Part shown: positions 55,793 through 64,000 of the stretch, in pieces
How the letters are laid out: each line of letters begins with the position of its first letter
How positions within the stretch are numbered: the stretch's first letter is position 1
Source: Escherichia virus TH47
DNA: 64,000 nucleotides
Sequence record: MT446416.1
Strand: one strand, 5' to 3'
The notes under the pieces: model-generated
What the model was told of the DNA's origin: nothing
Database searches by the model: none
What the model saw: only the letters and a program-made list of their open reading frames with translations
Translations under genes and position numbers: made by a program

Positions 55793-56377
55793 CTATTTCA
55801 GTACTTTGACCAGGGCTTTAACCGCTGTTTCAAGTTGTGCAAAGTCGTTGATTGTAAGATAATGAATACCCAATGTACTCATTTCTGAATCTATTTTACT
55901 ATACAAATCGAACATGTCAAGTAGATATTGATATGTATATGACTCCGATGACACGCATGATTCTTGAAATAGACGTTCTTCCATATCATTTACTACTTCG
56001 TCATTCACGTCTCGAATCACACCATCTTTGTATGTGTAGTAAATCTCATCCCATTCATCTGATAAGTGGAATAGTAAAGGCTTACCATTAAACATCTCAA
56101 GGTCATATGCATTGATTTCACTCAATAACATATCATCAGGATCAGGTGTGAAATCGAATTGGGCGAGTGACGAACCATCATAATCTTTAAGGAATACACC
56201 AATAGCATTCAATTTAACTTCGCCATAATTGCCATTCTTGAACTTCACACGAATATTAATATCAATGTTTTGAACAGTATCATCATCTTGGAACTGATAA
56301 TCAATTTTATACTTTTCCCAAAGTTTTTTAATATCTTTGAAGTACTTAATTTTACTTTCTATTTCTTTAAAGTTCAT
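55793..56377 (-). CDS. FQ-motif family member
   Basis: EERLFQES. Confidence 0.55.
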   Translation of the reverse strand: MNFKEIESKIKYFKDIKKLWEKYKIDYQFQDDDTVQNIDINIRVKFKNGNYGEVKLNAIGVFLKDYDGSSLAQFDFTPDPDDMLLSEINAYDLEMFNGKPLLFHLSDEWDEIYYTYKDGVIRDVNDEVVNDMEERLFQESCVSSESYTYQYLLDMFDLYSKIDSEMSTLGIHYLTINDFAQLETAVKALVKVLK

Positions 56378-56969
56378 CTGGAACCACCATCTCTTGTATG
56401 TTCTTGCATTTTTTCATTGCACAATTAGTATTTAAAATGATAGAGTACTTATGTAATGATTTAATTTTATAACACTCATTAAGTACTGAAATGATGCCCC
56501 ATAACTCTTCTACATCAATAGTGATAGGTTCACTAGTACTAAGTTGCATTAGTGCTGCTTCCACATCATCTTTGTTATTGATTTTGAACTGTATGCCACG
56601 TTTCAGTATTTTGGTTTTTGGATTATACTCTGCCATTACATCACCTTCAGGGTAACCCTCGTGTAATAATAATGTTGTCTCATAATCTCCACAATTGAAA
56701 TTAATTTCATCATAGTCAGGAACACAAATCATTCCTTCACCATATTGATTATCTACTGATTCGATTGTTAAAATACGCTGATGTTCATTACTCAGGATAA
56801 TAGAATCGTGCCAGTACTGCGTAGTGAATTTACTACGTTTCTTTTGACAGCACATACTTGACATGGGGCCATACTTTTTATATAGGGACTTCTTGAATGC
56901 TATCGCACCAGGAGCCACCTTAATAACTTCTCGAATTAGGTCAATAGCTTCTTGATAACTTTTTCTCAT
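56367..56969 (-). CDS. FQ-motif family member (variant)
   Basis: EAALMQLST; start moved to the ATG at 56967-56969 (ATGA overlap with the upstream stop). Confidence 0.45.
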   Translation of the reverse strand: MRKSYQEAIDLIREVIKVAPGAIAFKKSLYKKYGPMSSMCCQKKRSKFTTQYWHDSIILSNEHQRILTIESVDNQYGEGMICVPDYDEINFNCGDYETTLLLHEGYPEGDVMAEYNPKTKILKRGIQFKINNKDDVEAALMQLSTSEPITIDVEELWGIISVLNECYKIKSLHKYSIILNTNCAMKKCKNIQEMVVPDEL

Positions 56970-57517
56970 TTGTCGTACCCATATAAAATATGATCTAGTG
57001 TGCATTGTACTTCTTCATGGAAGAACAACGGGTAAATTTGTATCAATTTTTCTTTAAGTTCAAGTGAATGACATAGTTCCAGTGATTTAATACAATCTTC
57101 GTATTGAACTAAGCTATGTAATGTACTTAACTGAAAATGTTGTTCTTCAGAGTAAGCTAAATCATATACCAAATTATCATTTAATAGATTTGATTTAGTT
57201 GAAGGATCAAGTACTGTGTTGCTATGACCTACCCAGAAAAAAGCATTGGTGTTCATATTATTACAACCCCAACCTGTCCCCATTTTCTGGTGAATAGCAA
57301 AGACACAACTATCATAGAGATTAATACCAAGACGTTCTTCGTTGACATAAATCGTAACACCATCGATTGTCATGGTTATTTGGAAACGCATTGAACCTTC
57401 ACTTCGTGAACGTGCACAGAAGCCAAGATAACGGTTAATAATTGTATTGATTTTATCTGCCCATCCTTCCACATCTTTGGATGCACATAATTTAAAAAGA
57501 TCATGACTTTGGTTCAT
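56966..57517 (-). CDS. FQ-motif family member
   Basis: EEQHFQLST. Confidence 0.55.
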   Translation of the reverse strand: MNQSHDLFKLCASKDVEGWADKINTIINRYLGFCARSRSEGSMRFQITMTIDGVTIYVNEERLGINLYDSCVFAIHQKMGTGWGCNNMNTNAFFWVGHSNTVLDPSTKSNLLNDNLVYDLAYSEEQHFQLSTLHSLVQYEDCIKSLELCHSLELKEKLIQIYPLFFHEEVQCTLDHILYGYDK

Positions 57518-57528
57518 GTAGTTCTCCG

Positions 57529-58110
57529 TTAATCAAGCATAAGTGGCATCATCGCCCATATCTTTTTCATAATCATATCTTCAGTAAAAACAAACGTTTT
57601 AGGTGCAGTATATGATATTGACAACCCAAATGGAAGTACGATTGCATCATCAATTATATTATGAATATCAAACCATGTTTTTACACAATCATATGGTGGA
57701 AGTTCATGTATTGTACTTAACTGAAAGTATTGTTCTTCGCCAAAAGTACTGCAATCAATATCACAAATTTTAGTGAAATGATGATTCCATTTAGATATAA
57801 TACTGTTTTTATTATTGGACATATTAGTTCTATGCATGAAACCATTTCTGCTAATATAATTTGATATTGCGTTTTCTTCAATATCATTGCTTATTTTAAA
57901 ATTCATGTAAAAGTTGTAGTACACACTCGACGATTCTTTGAATTTTAAATGAAAATAACGATTGTTATTAATTTCCATTTCAATACAAAACACATCTGAA
58001 TCAAAACGATTAAACTTGTAATCGTTGTCTTCAGGTAGAGTCTGTAATTTTTTCATAACACCAAGCATAGGGTGCACTAAGCTTCTAATAAAATCATTAG
58101 TTATTTTCAT
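57529..58110 (-). CDS. FQ-motif family member
   Basis: EEQYFQLST. Confidence 0.55.
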   Translation of the reverse strand: MKITNDFIRSLVHPMLGVMKKLQTLPEDNDYKFNRFDSDVFCIEMEINNNRYFHLKFKESSSVYYNFYMNFKISNDIEENAISNYISRNGFMHRTNMSNNKNSIISKWNHHFTKICDIDCSTFGEEQYFQLSTIHELPPYDCVKTWFDIHNIIDDAIVLPFGLSISYTAPKTFVFTEDMIMKKIWAMMPLMLD

Positions 58111-58603
58111 AGTATTCCTTTAGAACTTTAAATGATTCAACAATACTATCTTGTGTGTAATTAGAACTATATACAATTGCATTTGATTTGATTGACCACA
58201 GATATGACATAAAGGTTATAACACTACTGCATGAACTTAATGTATTGTTTTGGAATTCATTTTCTTCAATGTTATCAGTACTGGTATTGATGAATTGGAT
58301 AGTATCTTGTTTCTGATTAGACATTGAAACTAAAGTACAATCAGTATAAGGAGTGTACAAAAACGTCTCATTACTAATTGAACTATCATTAGTATATGAT
58401 GGTTTGGTAATATAAATCAAACGCATGATATCACGCTCAAGACCCGATTTACTACTTTCCACTAAAGAAATCATATCTATATTTTTCATATGATCAACAT
58501 TGACATGGAACTTTTTGTTGAGAATTACATCTTTTGGAGAATTTTTATATGAAGATAAGATCTCATACATCTCAACTAATTCTCGTGCATTTAATAAACT
58601 CAT
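58097..58603 (-). CDS. FQ-motif family member
   Basis: EENEFQNNT. Confidence 0.5.
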   Translation of the reverse strand: MSLLNARELVEMYEILSSYKNSPKDVILNKKFHVNVDHMKNIDMISLVESSKSGLERDIMRLIYITKPSYTNDSSISNETFLYTPYTDCTLVSMSNQKQDTIQFINTSTDNIEENEFQNNTLSSCSSVITFMSYLWSIKSNAIVYSSNYTQDSIVESFKVLKEYYENN

Positions 58604-59028
58604 GTTTTGTCTCTTAATGAAAGAATATACTTAGTATAAACTGAAACTGAAATATGATTATATTTCATCATTAATTTATACACATAAGAAGCTAGTACTA
58701 AATCGTAAATTAATTTAGTATCATACAGTACTCCGTATTGTAAAGCAAGTGAATCAATATCATCTTTACTTTCAATATCCAGAAATGTACCGAAAATTGT
58801 AGTACCGTGAAGATGAAAAGTGGAATTAATGCAATCAATGCATTGATTGTCCAACAGTGTAGATGCAGATGCCCTTTGTGAATCCCAAATTGTCAGTACA
58901 TGTTTTTCATCAACAAACAAATCTATCCATGTTTTGTGTCGTTGCTTTTTTTGTGTTTTATAATTTTCTGGATTTGAAAGTGTAGTGTCAATTATATCCC
59001 ATATGTATAAGCATTCATCTCTTGTCAT
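58600..59028 (-). CDS. hypothetical protein inside the array (motif weak or absent)
   Basis: 142-aa ORF. Confidence 0.5.
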   Translation of the reverse strand: MTRDECLYIWDIIDTTLSNPENYKTQKKQRHKTWIDLFVDEKHVLTIWDSQRASASTLLDNQCIDCINSTFHLHGTTIFGTFLDIESKDDIDSLALQYGVLYDTKLIYDLVLASYVYKLMMKYNHISVSVYTKYILSLRDKT

Positions 59029-59606
59029 TATAGCACCTTATCCATTGCTGCATTTAATGCTTTTAAACGATCAACATTCAAAGTATTGAAGATGTACGTT
59101 CCTAAAATGTGGAAATCGAATTGGTTCTTTTTGTATGTGTGATAAATTAAACTACAAAAAACAACAGTACTAAGAACCTCTTCAGGTATAACGGTGCTCA
59201 TCTGAAACAGTTCTTCATCAACTGTACTTGATTCTGGATTGATAGCTTTTAACTCATACTCTTTATCACCGAATAGTACTTTAATATTATATAAAACACC
59301 AACAGTACTAATATGAAATGGATGGTGTGAAAAACTTCCATCATCATTAATTTGGATATCGGATCTAATCTCGCACTCTTCATTACTTTTACTATTATTT
59401 TTTACAATACAAATATTCCTGGCACCAGAAATAGTAAGAATACCGTGATCGTAATATTCTTTGGACAAACATTTAGATGAAAATGACACATCACGAATGA
59501 GGTAATGTTTGTTAATTTCTTTGGCACTACCAACAATGTGTAGCATCTTTGTACTGATATCATATAGCTGTTGGTGTCGGGCTGTCATATAACTATAAGC
59601 GTTCAT
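59028..59606 (-). CDS. FQ-motif family member
   Basis: DEELFQMST. Confidence 0.55.
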   Translation of the reverse strand: MNAYSYMTARHQQLYDISTKMLHIVGSAKEINKHYLIRDVSFSSKCLSKEYYDHGILTISGARNICIVKNNSKSNEECEIRSDIQINDDGSFSHHPFHISTVGVLYNIKVLFGDKEYELKAINPESSTVDEELFQMSTVIPEEVLSTVVFCSLIYHTYKKNQFDFHILGTYIFNTLNVDRLKALNAAMDKVL

Positions 59607-60177
59607 ATGTATCCTTGATGTTTTTGATTGCCGTGTGTAGCTCTTTTAATGTATCGGATTCACAGTTAATGAACTTACTATACATTACCAATTCACCAGT
59701 GTCAATAGCTTTTGCAGTTTCATAGCAAAGCATCATGTACTCAAACTCCTTGAAGTTGTCAAGTACTGATCTCTGGAAAATGTATGCTTCACGAATGTCT
59801 TCACTTTGATCTAGTTCTGGTGGAATTTCCAAATATGTATCATCCTCTACGTCATCAAAATTAGATTCAACAATTCGATTAATATCTTCGTGTAAAGCAT
59901 TGACAAATATCATGTTTGGGGTAATGGAACCGATTTGCTCACCATGCCTTGATGTACGGATATACATTGCCATAGTATCCCATGAACCTTTTTTTGTCGT
60001 TCCATAATCGTAAACTTTATAAGACTCCAGTGTCACTGAACCAAAACGATATGGTAATTTGCTTTCAACTTTAAGACGATAATTTCCAATAGGATCATGA
60101 ACGGTAATGTTGTGCTTATCAGATAGTTCTGCAATGTCATGCATCAATTTCATAATTTGAATGTGTTCAGCTTGCAT
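59593..60177 (-). CDS. FQ-motif family member
   Basis: EAYIFQRS. Confidence 0.5.
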   Translation of the reverse strand: MQAEHIQIMKLMHDIAELSDKHNITVHDPIGNYRLKVESKLPYRFGSVTLESYKVYDYGTTKKGSWDTMAMYIRTSRHGEQIGSITPNMIFVNALHEDINRIVESNFDDVEDDTYLEIPPELDQSEDIREAYIFQRSVLDNFKEFEYMMLCYETAKAIDTGELVMYSKFINCESDTLKELHTAIKNIKDTYERL

Positions 60178-60740
60178 TATAAGTCCTCTAATTTAACAGG
60201 TACATGTTCATTAATGAACTTCTTAAGAGCCAGTACTAGATCTTCTAATTCTTCTGTACTGAATTTTAAAATAGTTTTAAAGAATATCAATTCATTTCTT
60301 TCTATAATCTTTGGAATTTCATATGCTAACATAAGATTGCGAACAGTGTAAGCGTTATGTATGAGGTTCGCATTGAATAAAAGTACATCGTACTCGTCTT
60401 TTTTAATTTTATAATTGTACTCTTCAATTACTTCATGTGTGTATGTATTCTTATAAGCAATTTTATTTTTATGAAAGTTATAACCAACAGTAACACTTTC
60501 ATCATAAAATGTAGAACGATAATCTTGTTTTCTATCACCCGACGAAATGATGTGTAATGCTGTGTATTTGTCCTCAACATCTAACTCAATGTTTGCATAA
60601 CTGTTAACAGTTTCATTCTTTAGGACATTAATGTTATATTTCTCATTAATTTTAATGTGCTGGCGTGAACCATTATCTTCAATGAACTTAAAACAATGCT
60701 TTATCAACAATGTGATTTCTTTAATTAATTCAGTACTCAT
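60177..60740 (-). CDS. probable FQ-motif family member (degenerate motif)
   Basis: DVLLFNANL. Confidence 0.45.
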   Translation of the reverse strand: MSTELIKEITLLIKHCFKFIEDNGSRQHIKINEKYNINVLKNETVNSYANIELDVEDKYTALHIISSGDRKQDYRSTFYDESVTVGYNFHKNKIAYKNTYTHEVIEEYNYKIKKDEYDVLLFNANLIHNAYTVRNLMLAYEIPKIIERNELIFFKTILKFSTEELEDLVLALKKFINEHVPVKLEDL

Positions 60741-60827
60741 ATCTTCTCCTGTACTCTGTTAAAAGCGATTATAACACACCTGAATGCTCATGTAAAGCAC
60801 TAAACACAAAAAGACCCATAAGGGTCT

Positions 60828-61346
60828 TTATTTTGGTAAAACGCGGTCAAGGTACGCTAGATCCTCATCTTGGAGGTACGTTCCATCTATTGTTATGTAA
60901 TAGTTCTTAGGGATATCACAACCTATCTTCTCGTAAATTTGCATACATGATATCACATCTTCATCACAAATGGTACTCAATTGAAACAGTACTTCATCAG
61001 TTAGCGGCACAATATCATGTTTAGATATGGGGTTGGTATTTTCATTCAAAACAACATCAAACAAACTGGGAGTATTCTTTGACGAAATGTAACGATGCTT
61101 ACTACGAATTACCATTCTCGATAGTGAAATACTGGAACTCCATCTTGGGTCCACATCTTCGTATGATAGCGAAACTAACATTTCATAATAATCTTGGAAT
61201 TTCATTGATGCATAATATGTTTTTTCCTCACCGTACATTCCAAATGATTTGAATTCAATGTCACCTACATTGTGTGTATCACTCGCACTATTCACGAAAT
61301 TTAACAGACTGTTGATTAGTCTGATTAGAATATCATCTTTATTCAT
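60828..61346 (-). CDS. FQ-motif family member
   Basis: DEVLFQLST; start moved to the ATG at 61344-61346 (track start is TTG). Confidence 0.5.
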   Translation of the reverse strand: MNKDDILIRLINSLLNFVNSASDTHNVGDIEFKSFGMYGEEKTYYASMKFQDYYEMLVSLSYEDVDPRWSSSISLSRMVIRSKHRYISSKNTPSLFDVVLNENTNPISKHDIVPLTDEVLFQLSTICDEDVISCMQIYEKIGCDIPKNYYITIDGTYLQDEDLAYLDRVLPK

Positions 61347-61896
61347 TATCAGATAACTCCCTGTGCATGTCGTATAAATCTCGAAAGTCCTGATAGAAAT
61401 CTTTTTCTTCAAGAATATCTTTTAAACTAGGAATCTCAACCATAATCTCATCGATATCAGTTTCAATAGTAAAACCTGATTTATAATTTTGTAAGAGATA
61501 ACTAAAAGCAACAAGATAAAGAATTTCATTTGGTTTATGAATTAACATGTGTTGGAACATAACTGATTCTAAATCAGATTCAGTACTAAGGTCAGCATAA
61601 CATGTATCGTTGGTGTCAATTCGTACTTTACTTGAATTTGGATTCCATGTAAAGCAATGTGTTCCAACTGTTCCCAAACATCCTACTCTTGTACTATCAT
61701 TTGTTCCCAAAAAGATATCAAAATACGTTTCATCTGTATAATCGTATTTTTGTACTTTACCTTTTTTAAGGCATAAATCATTATCCTTTCGAAAAGTTTT
61801 AGATGATAGTGTATCAATGATGCACATTAATGTTTTTGCAAATGCAATACAATGACGTAATTCAAGTCTATGGAAATTATAATTAGTAAAATTCAT
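61339..61896 (-). CDS. FQ-motif family member (variant)
   Basis: ESVMFQHML. Confidence 0.5.
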   Translation of the reverse strand: MNFTNYNFHRLELRHCIAFAKTLMCIIDTLSSKTFRKDNDLCLKKGKVQKYDYTDETYFDIFLGTNDSTRVGCLGTVGTHCFTWNPNSSKVRIDTNDTCYADLSTESDLESVMFQHMLIHKPNEILYLVAFSYLLQNYKSGFTIETDIDEIMVEIPSLKDILEEKDFYQDFRDLYDMHRELSDNE

Positions 61897-62435
61897 AATT
61901 GTACCTTCAATATTTTATCAGCAATTGATATAACCTTGTCATTGAATACATTACCAATCTCAATTCTTATATACATCGCAGGTGGAATCTTTCCCTGAAG
62001 TGCATAATATGTTTGTATACCTAAGTACTCATTATTTGATAATGAAAATTTGATTCTCTCCATATCTATGTCTGATGTTGGTAAATCTAGTAGTTCATGG
62101 TTGTAGTCAACATTTTCAGTGTATATCTGTTCGACGTAATTTGAATAGTCACTACTAATGTAGATACTATCATCACGGATAATTACTTTATAATTAGAAG
62201 GTTTAAACTTATCTTTAGGAGAAAAGAAGACATCATCTATCTTCTCTTCTCGGACACCGAATAACAATTTACCATCGTACTTTACATCAAGCATACTATC
62301 TAGAATAGTAATTACACAATGATCATCAATGTTATGACGTAAAGAACGAGTCTTGTATTTTGGGTTAATGAAAATTTTCATTAATTTTATACAAATGTCA
62401 GTAATGCATTTTACATTATCATTTTCTATGTACAT
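61893..62435 (-). CDS. probable FQ-motif family member (degenerate motif)
   Basis: MERIKFSLS. Confidence 0.45.
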   Translation of the reverse strand: MYIENDNVKCITDICIKLMKIFINPKYKTRSLRHNIDDHCVITILDSMLDVKYDGKLLFGVREEKIDDVFFSPKDKFKPSNYKVIIRDDSIYISSDYSNYVEQIYTENVDYNHELLDLPTSDIDMERIKFSLSNNEYLGIQTYYALQGKIPPAMYIRIEIGNVFNDKVISIADKILKVQL

Positions 62436-62913
62436 CGTAAATCCTCTTTAATTCTTTTACATTTTTAATGAATACTTTCATTGCAGAAATCTCAAAAGCT
62501 AATGATTTAAATTTGCAGTACTTTTTAAAGTACGACATAATGAATAGCATCTTGAGTTCTTTTTCTGTGTAAATTAAAGTATTTTGAAAGTAACTTTCTT
62601 CTGATAAATCATCAATAAAAGGATATATAACTCCATTTGTTCTCAAGAACATGATACCTTCACTCCATGATCTAAATGAAATGTAATCAGTCTTACCACA
62701 TTCATATAAGGAGTTTATCATTCCGTCAATCATTAAGGAGAACTCAATACTGTATCCTAATCGTTGACACTTGTATCTCTTATCTTCTTTCTTTGTAATT
62801 ACGAAGTGGCGACCCAATGAGTCTTTGTTATCGAAAATGAAATCAACTGTCTCTAAACACTCCTTAGCGAACTTCATAGTTTCTCTGTACTTTCTGTTCA
62901 TTAGTCTCTCCAA
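62419..62913 (-). CDS. FQ-motif family member
   Basis: EESYFQNT. Confidence 0.55.
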   Translation of the reverse strand: MERLMNRKYRETMKFAKECLETVDFIFDNKDSLGRHFVITKKEDKRYKCQRLGYSIEFSLMIDGMINSLYECGKTDYISFRSWSEGIMFLRTNGVIYPFIDDLSEESYFQNTLIYTEKELKMLFIMSYFKKYCKFKSLAFEISAMKVFIKNVKELKRIYDVHRK

Positions 62914-63314
62914 ACTTTACCAGGGAAGTGTTTCTCGTAGAACTCATCATCACTTAACATATAATCAGGTGTTTCTACTTCTATGGGTTTGTAGAATGTT
63001 TCTGGGATGTGTGTAATTTTATTTGGTTGTACTTTATGTTCGCGTAAAACCTTCTGTATAGCTCCTAGGCGTTGTAAATCAATACAGGTGGGCAGAACTA
63101 AGCTGTACTGAAATAGCTCGTCAGGGGTCATTATAGACACATCCTTAGCTTGTTTGATTTTATTGTTGGTATCAATGAATATATCAAATCCAAGTACTGC
63201 ATTATAGCTTACATAGGTTGTTTTGTTTTTGTCAATAGCTGCACTTAAACTATATCCATATATTCCGTATCGGTCAACCATGCATCGTTGCATAATTTTA
63301 ATCATTTCGAACAT
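62901..63314 (-). CDS. FQ-motif family member
   Basis: PDELFQYS. Confidence 0.55.
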   Translation of the reverse strand: MFEMIKIMQRCMVDRYGIYGYSLSAAIDKNKTTYVSYNAVLGFDIFIDTNNKIKQAKDVSIMTPDELFQYSLVLPTCIDLQRLGAIQKVLREHKVQPNKITHIPETFYKPIEVETPDYMLSDDEFYEKHFPGKVWRD

Positions 63315-63663
63315 AATTTACCTCGTATGTGTTATAATTCCACGCTTTAACACTATCCATTTGTATATCCTGAACTTCATGGAAATATTTAAGTACCTTC
63401 TGGTATTCCATTAGTTCGTACACATCTTCAGTACTGACAGTACTCTCCTGAAACAATTCCTCTTCTGATAAAGTACTATAATCAGGGATTTTTATTTCAG
63501 AATATATCTCATTTATATATGAATCATTTTGGTAAATCTGTAGATAAAACTGATTATATTCAGGGATATAGGTTACGAAATGGTTCTCGTTGAATTCATA
63601 TCTTGAAGCAAAGTATTCATTGCCATCCGTCATGTACTGAATTGTTGTAGTATTATTATGCAT
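63298..63663 (-). CDS. FQ-motif family member
   Basis: EEELFQEST. Confidence 0.55.
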   Translation of the reverse strand: MHNNTTTIQYMTDGNEYFASRYEFNENHFVTYIPEYNQFYLQIYQNDSYINEIYSEIKIPDYSTLSEEELFQESTVSTEDVYELMEYQKVLKYFHEVQDIQMDSVKAWNYNTYEVNYVRND

Positions 63664-64000
63664 TTAAATAATCCACACATTTATAGTATACTGCTAAATC
63701 TAAAAAGAATCGTTGTTTGTATTTGTAATGATGAAGTAGTGCACCATAAAGTAATATAGCATTAAGTACTTTTGCATCATGAATACAAGACCATTGGAAG
63801 TACATTTCTTCAGTCATAAAAACTAACTCACTATAAGGGACAAACATTGCATCTCTAAATGTATCAATGTTAATCTTTAAATCAGACCCTTGGCAATATG
63901 AAATATATTCACCTTTGTAATGAAAGTCATTATCGTCAAAGTACTCAGCATATACTTGATTGCCCCTATTATTTTTAAAGGCAAGTCTTCCTTTGGTTGA
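63656..64000 (-). CDS. FQ-motif family member, 3' part (gene probably starts beyond the window end)
   Basis: EEMYFQWS; the frame stays open from the ATG at 63847 up to position 64000 with no stop, and in the other members the motif sits at least 55 residues from the N-terminus. Confidence 0.45.
   Translation of the reverse strand, partial: STKGRLAFKNNRGNQVYAEYFDDNDFHYKGEYISYCQGSDLKINIDTFRDAMFVPYSELVFMTEEMYFQWSCIHDAKVLNAILLYGALLHHYKYKQRFFLDLAVYYKCVDYLNA

Noticed and set aside
3748-63414. All plus-strand ORFs in the track (for example 3748-3975, 8419-8601, 8755-8940, 9123-9347, 11395-11601, 19061-19342, 23744-24223, 31381-31629, 37156-37473, 48443-48736, 53841-54056, 63223-63414)
   Set aside because: Each lies antisense inside a longer, motif-supported or operon-consistent minus-strand gene; they lack Shine-Dalgarno sequences and are typical of spurious antisense ORFs in AT-rich DNA.
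53021-64000. Reading the FQ motif as a proven 3C/TEV-type protease cleavage site
   Set aside because: No 3C-like cysteine protease was recognised in the window and the resemblance rests on only 4-5 residues; kept as a hypothesis in the findings, not as an annotation.

Overview
This 64-kb window reads as a contiguous segment of a T4-like lytic phage genome, AT-rich (roughly one-third GC by eye) and extremely gene-dense, with every credible gene on the minus strand. Recognisable genes, all assigned from motifs read in the translations, include three paralogous tail-fibre-like proteins, anaerobic ribonucleotide reductase (nrdG, plus nrdD interrupted by a group I intron carrying a GIY-YIG homing endonuclease), a GrcA-like glycyl-radical protein, PhoH, Sir2-like and Nudix-like proteins, ClpP and two further protease-like proteins, dCMP deaminase, DNA ligase, polynucleotide kinase and RNA ligase 1. 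Most remaining ORFs are small proteins of unknown function. The three signals I consider most worth follow-up are (1) a very strong over-representation of the palindrome AGTACT, often as CAGTACTG, in the core genes but not in intron or homing-endonuclease-like genes; (2) a multigene family of at least 25 members sharing a short [DE]-E-x-hydrophobic-F-Q-x-[ST] motif, 22 of them in one tandem array at 53-64 kb; and (3) a 680-bp ORF-free, GC-richer island at 49283-49962. Gene starts are provisional because the ORF track often begins at TTG or GTG; where an ATG with a Shine-Dalgarno sequence or ATGA stop/start overlap was visible I used it. No tRNA, rRNA or CRISPR array was found. All homology statements come from reading motifs by eye, not from database searches.
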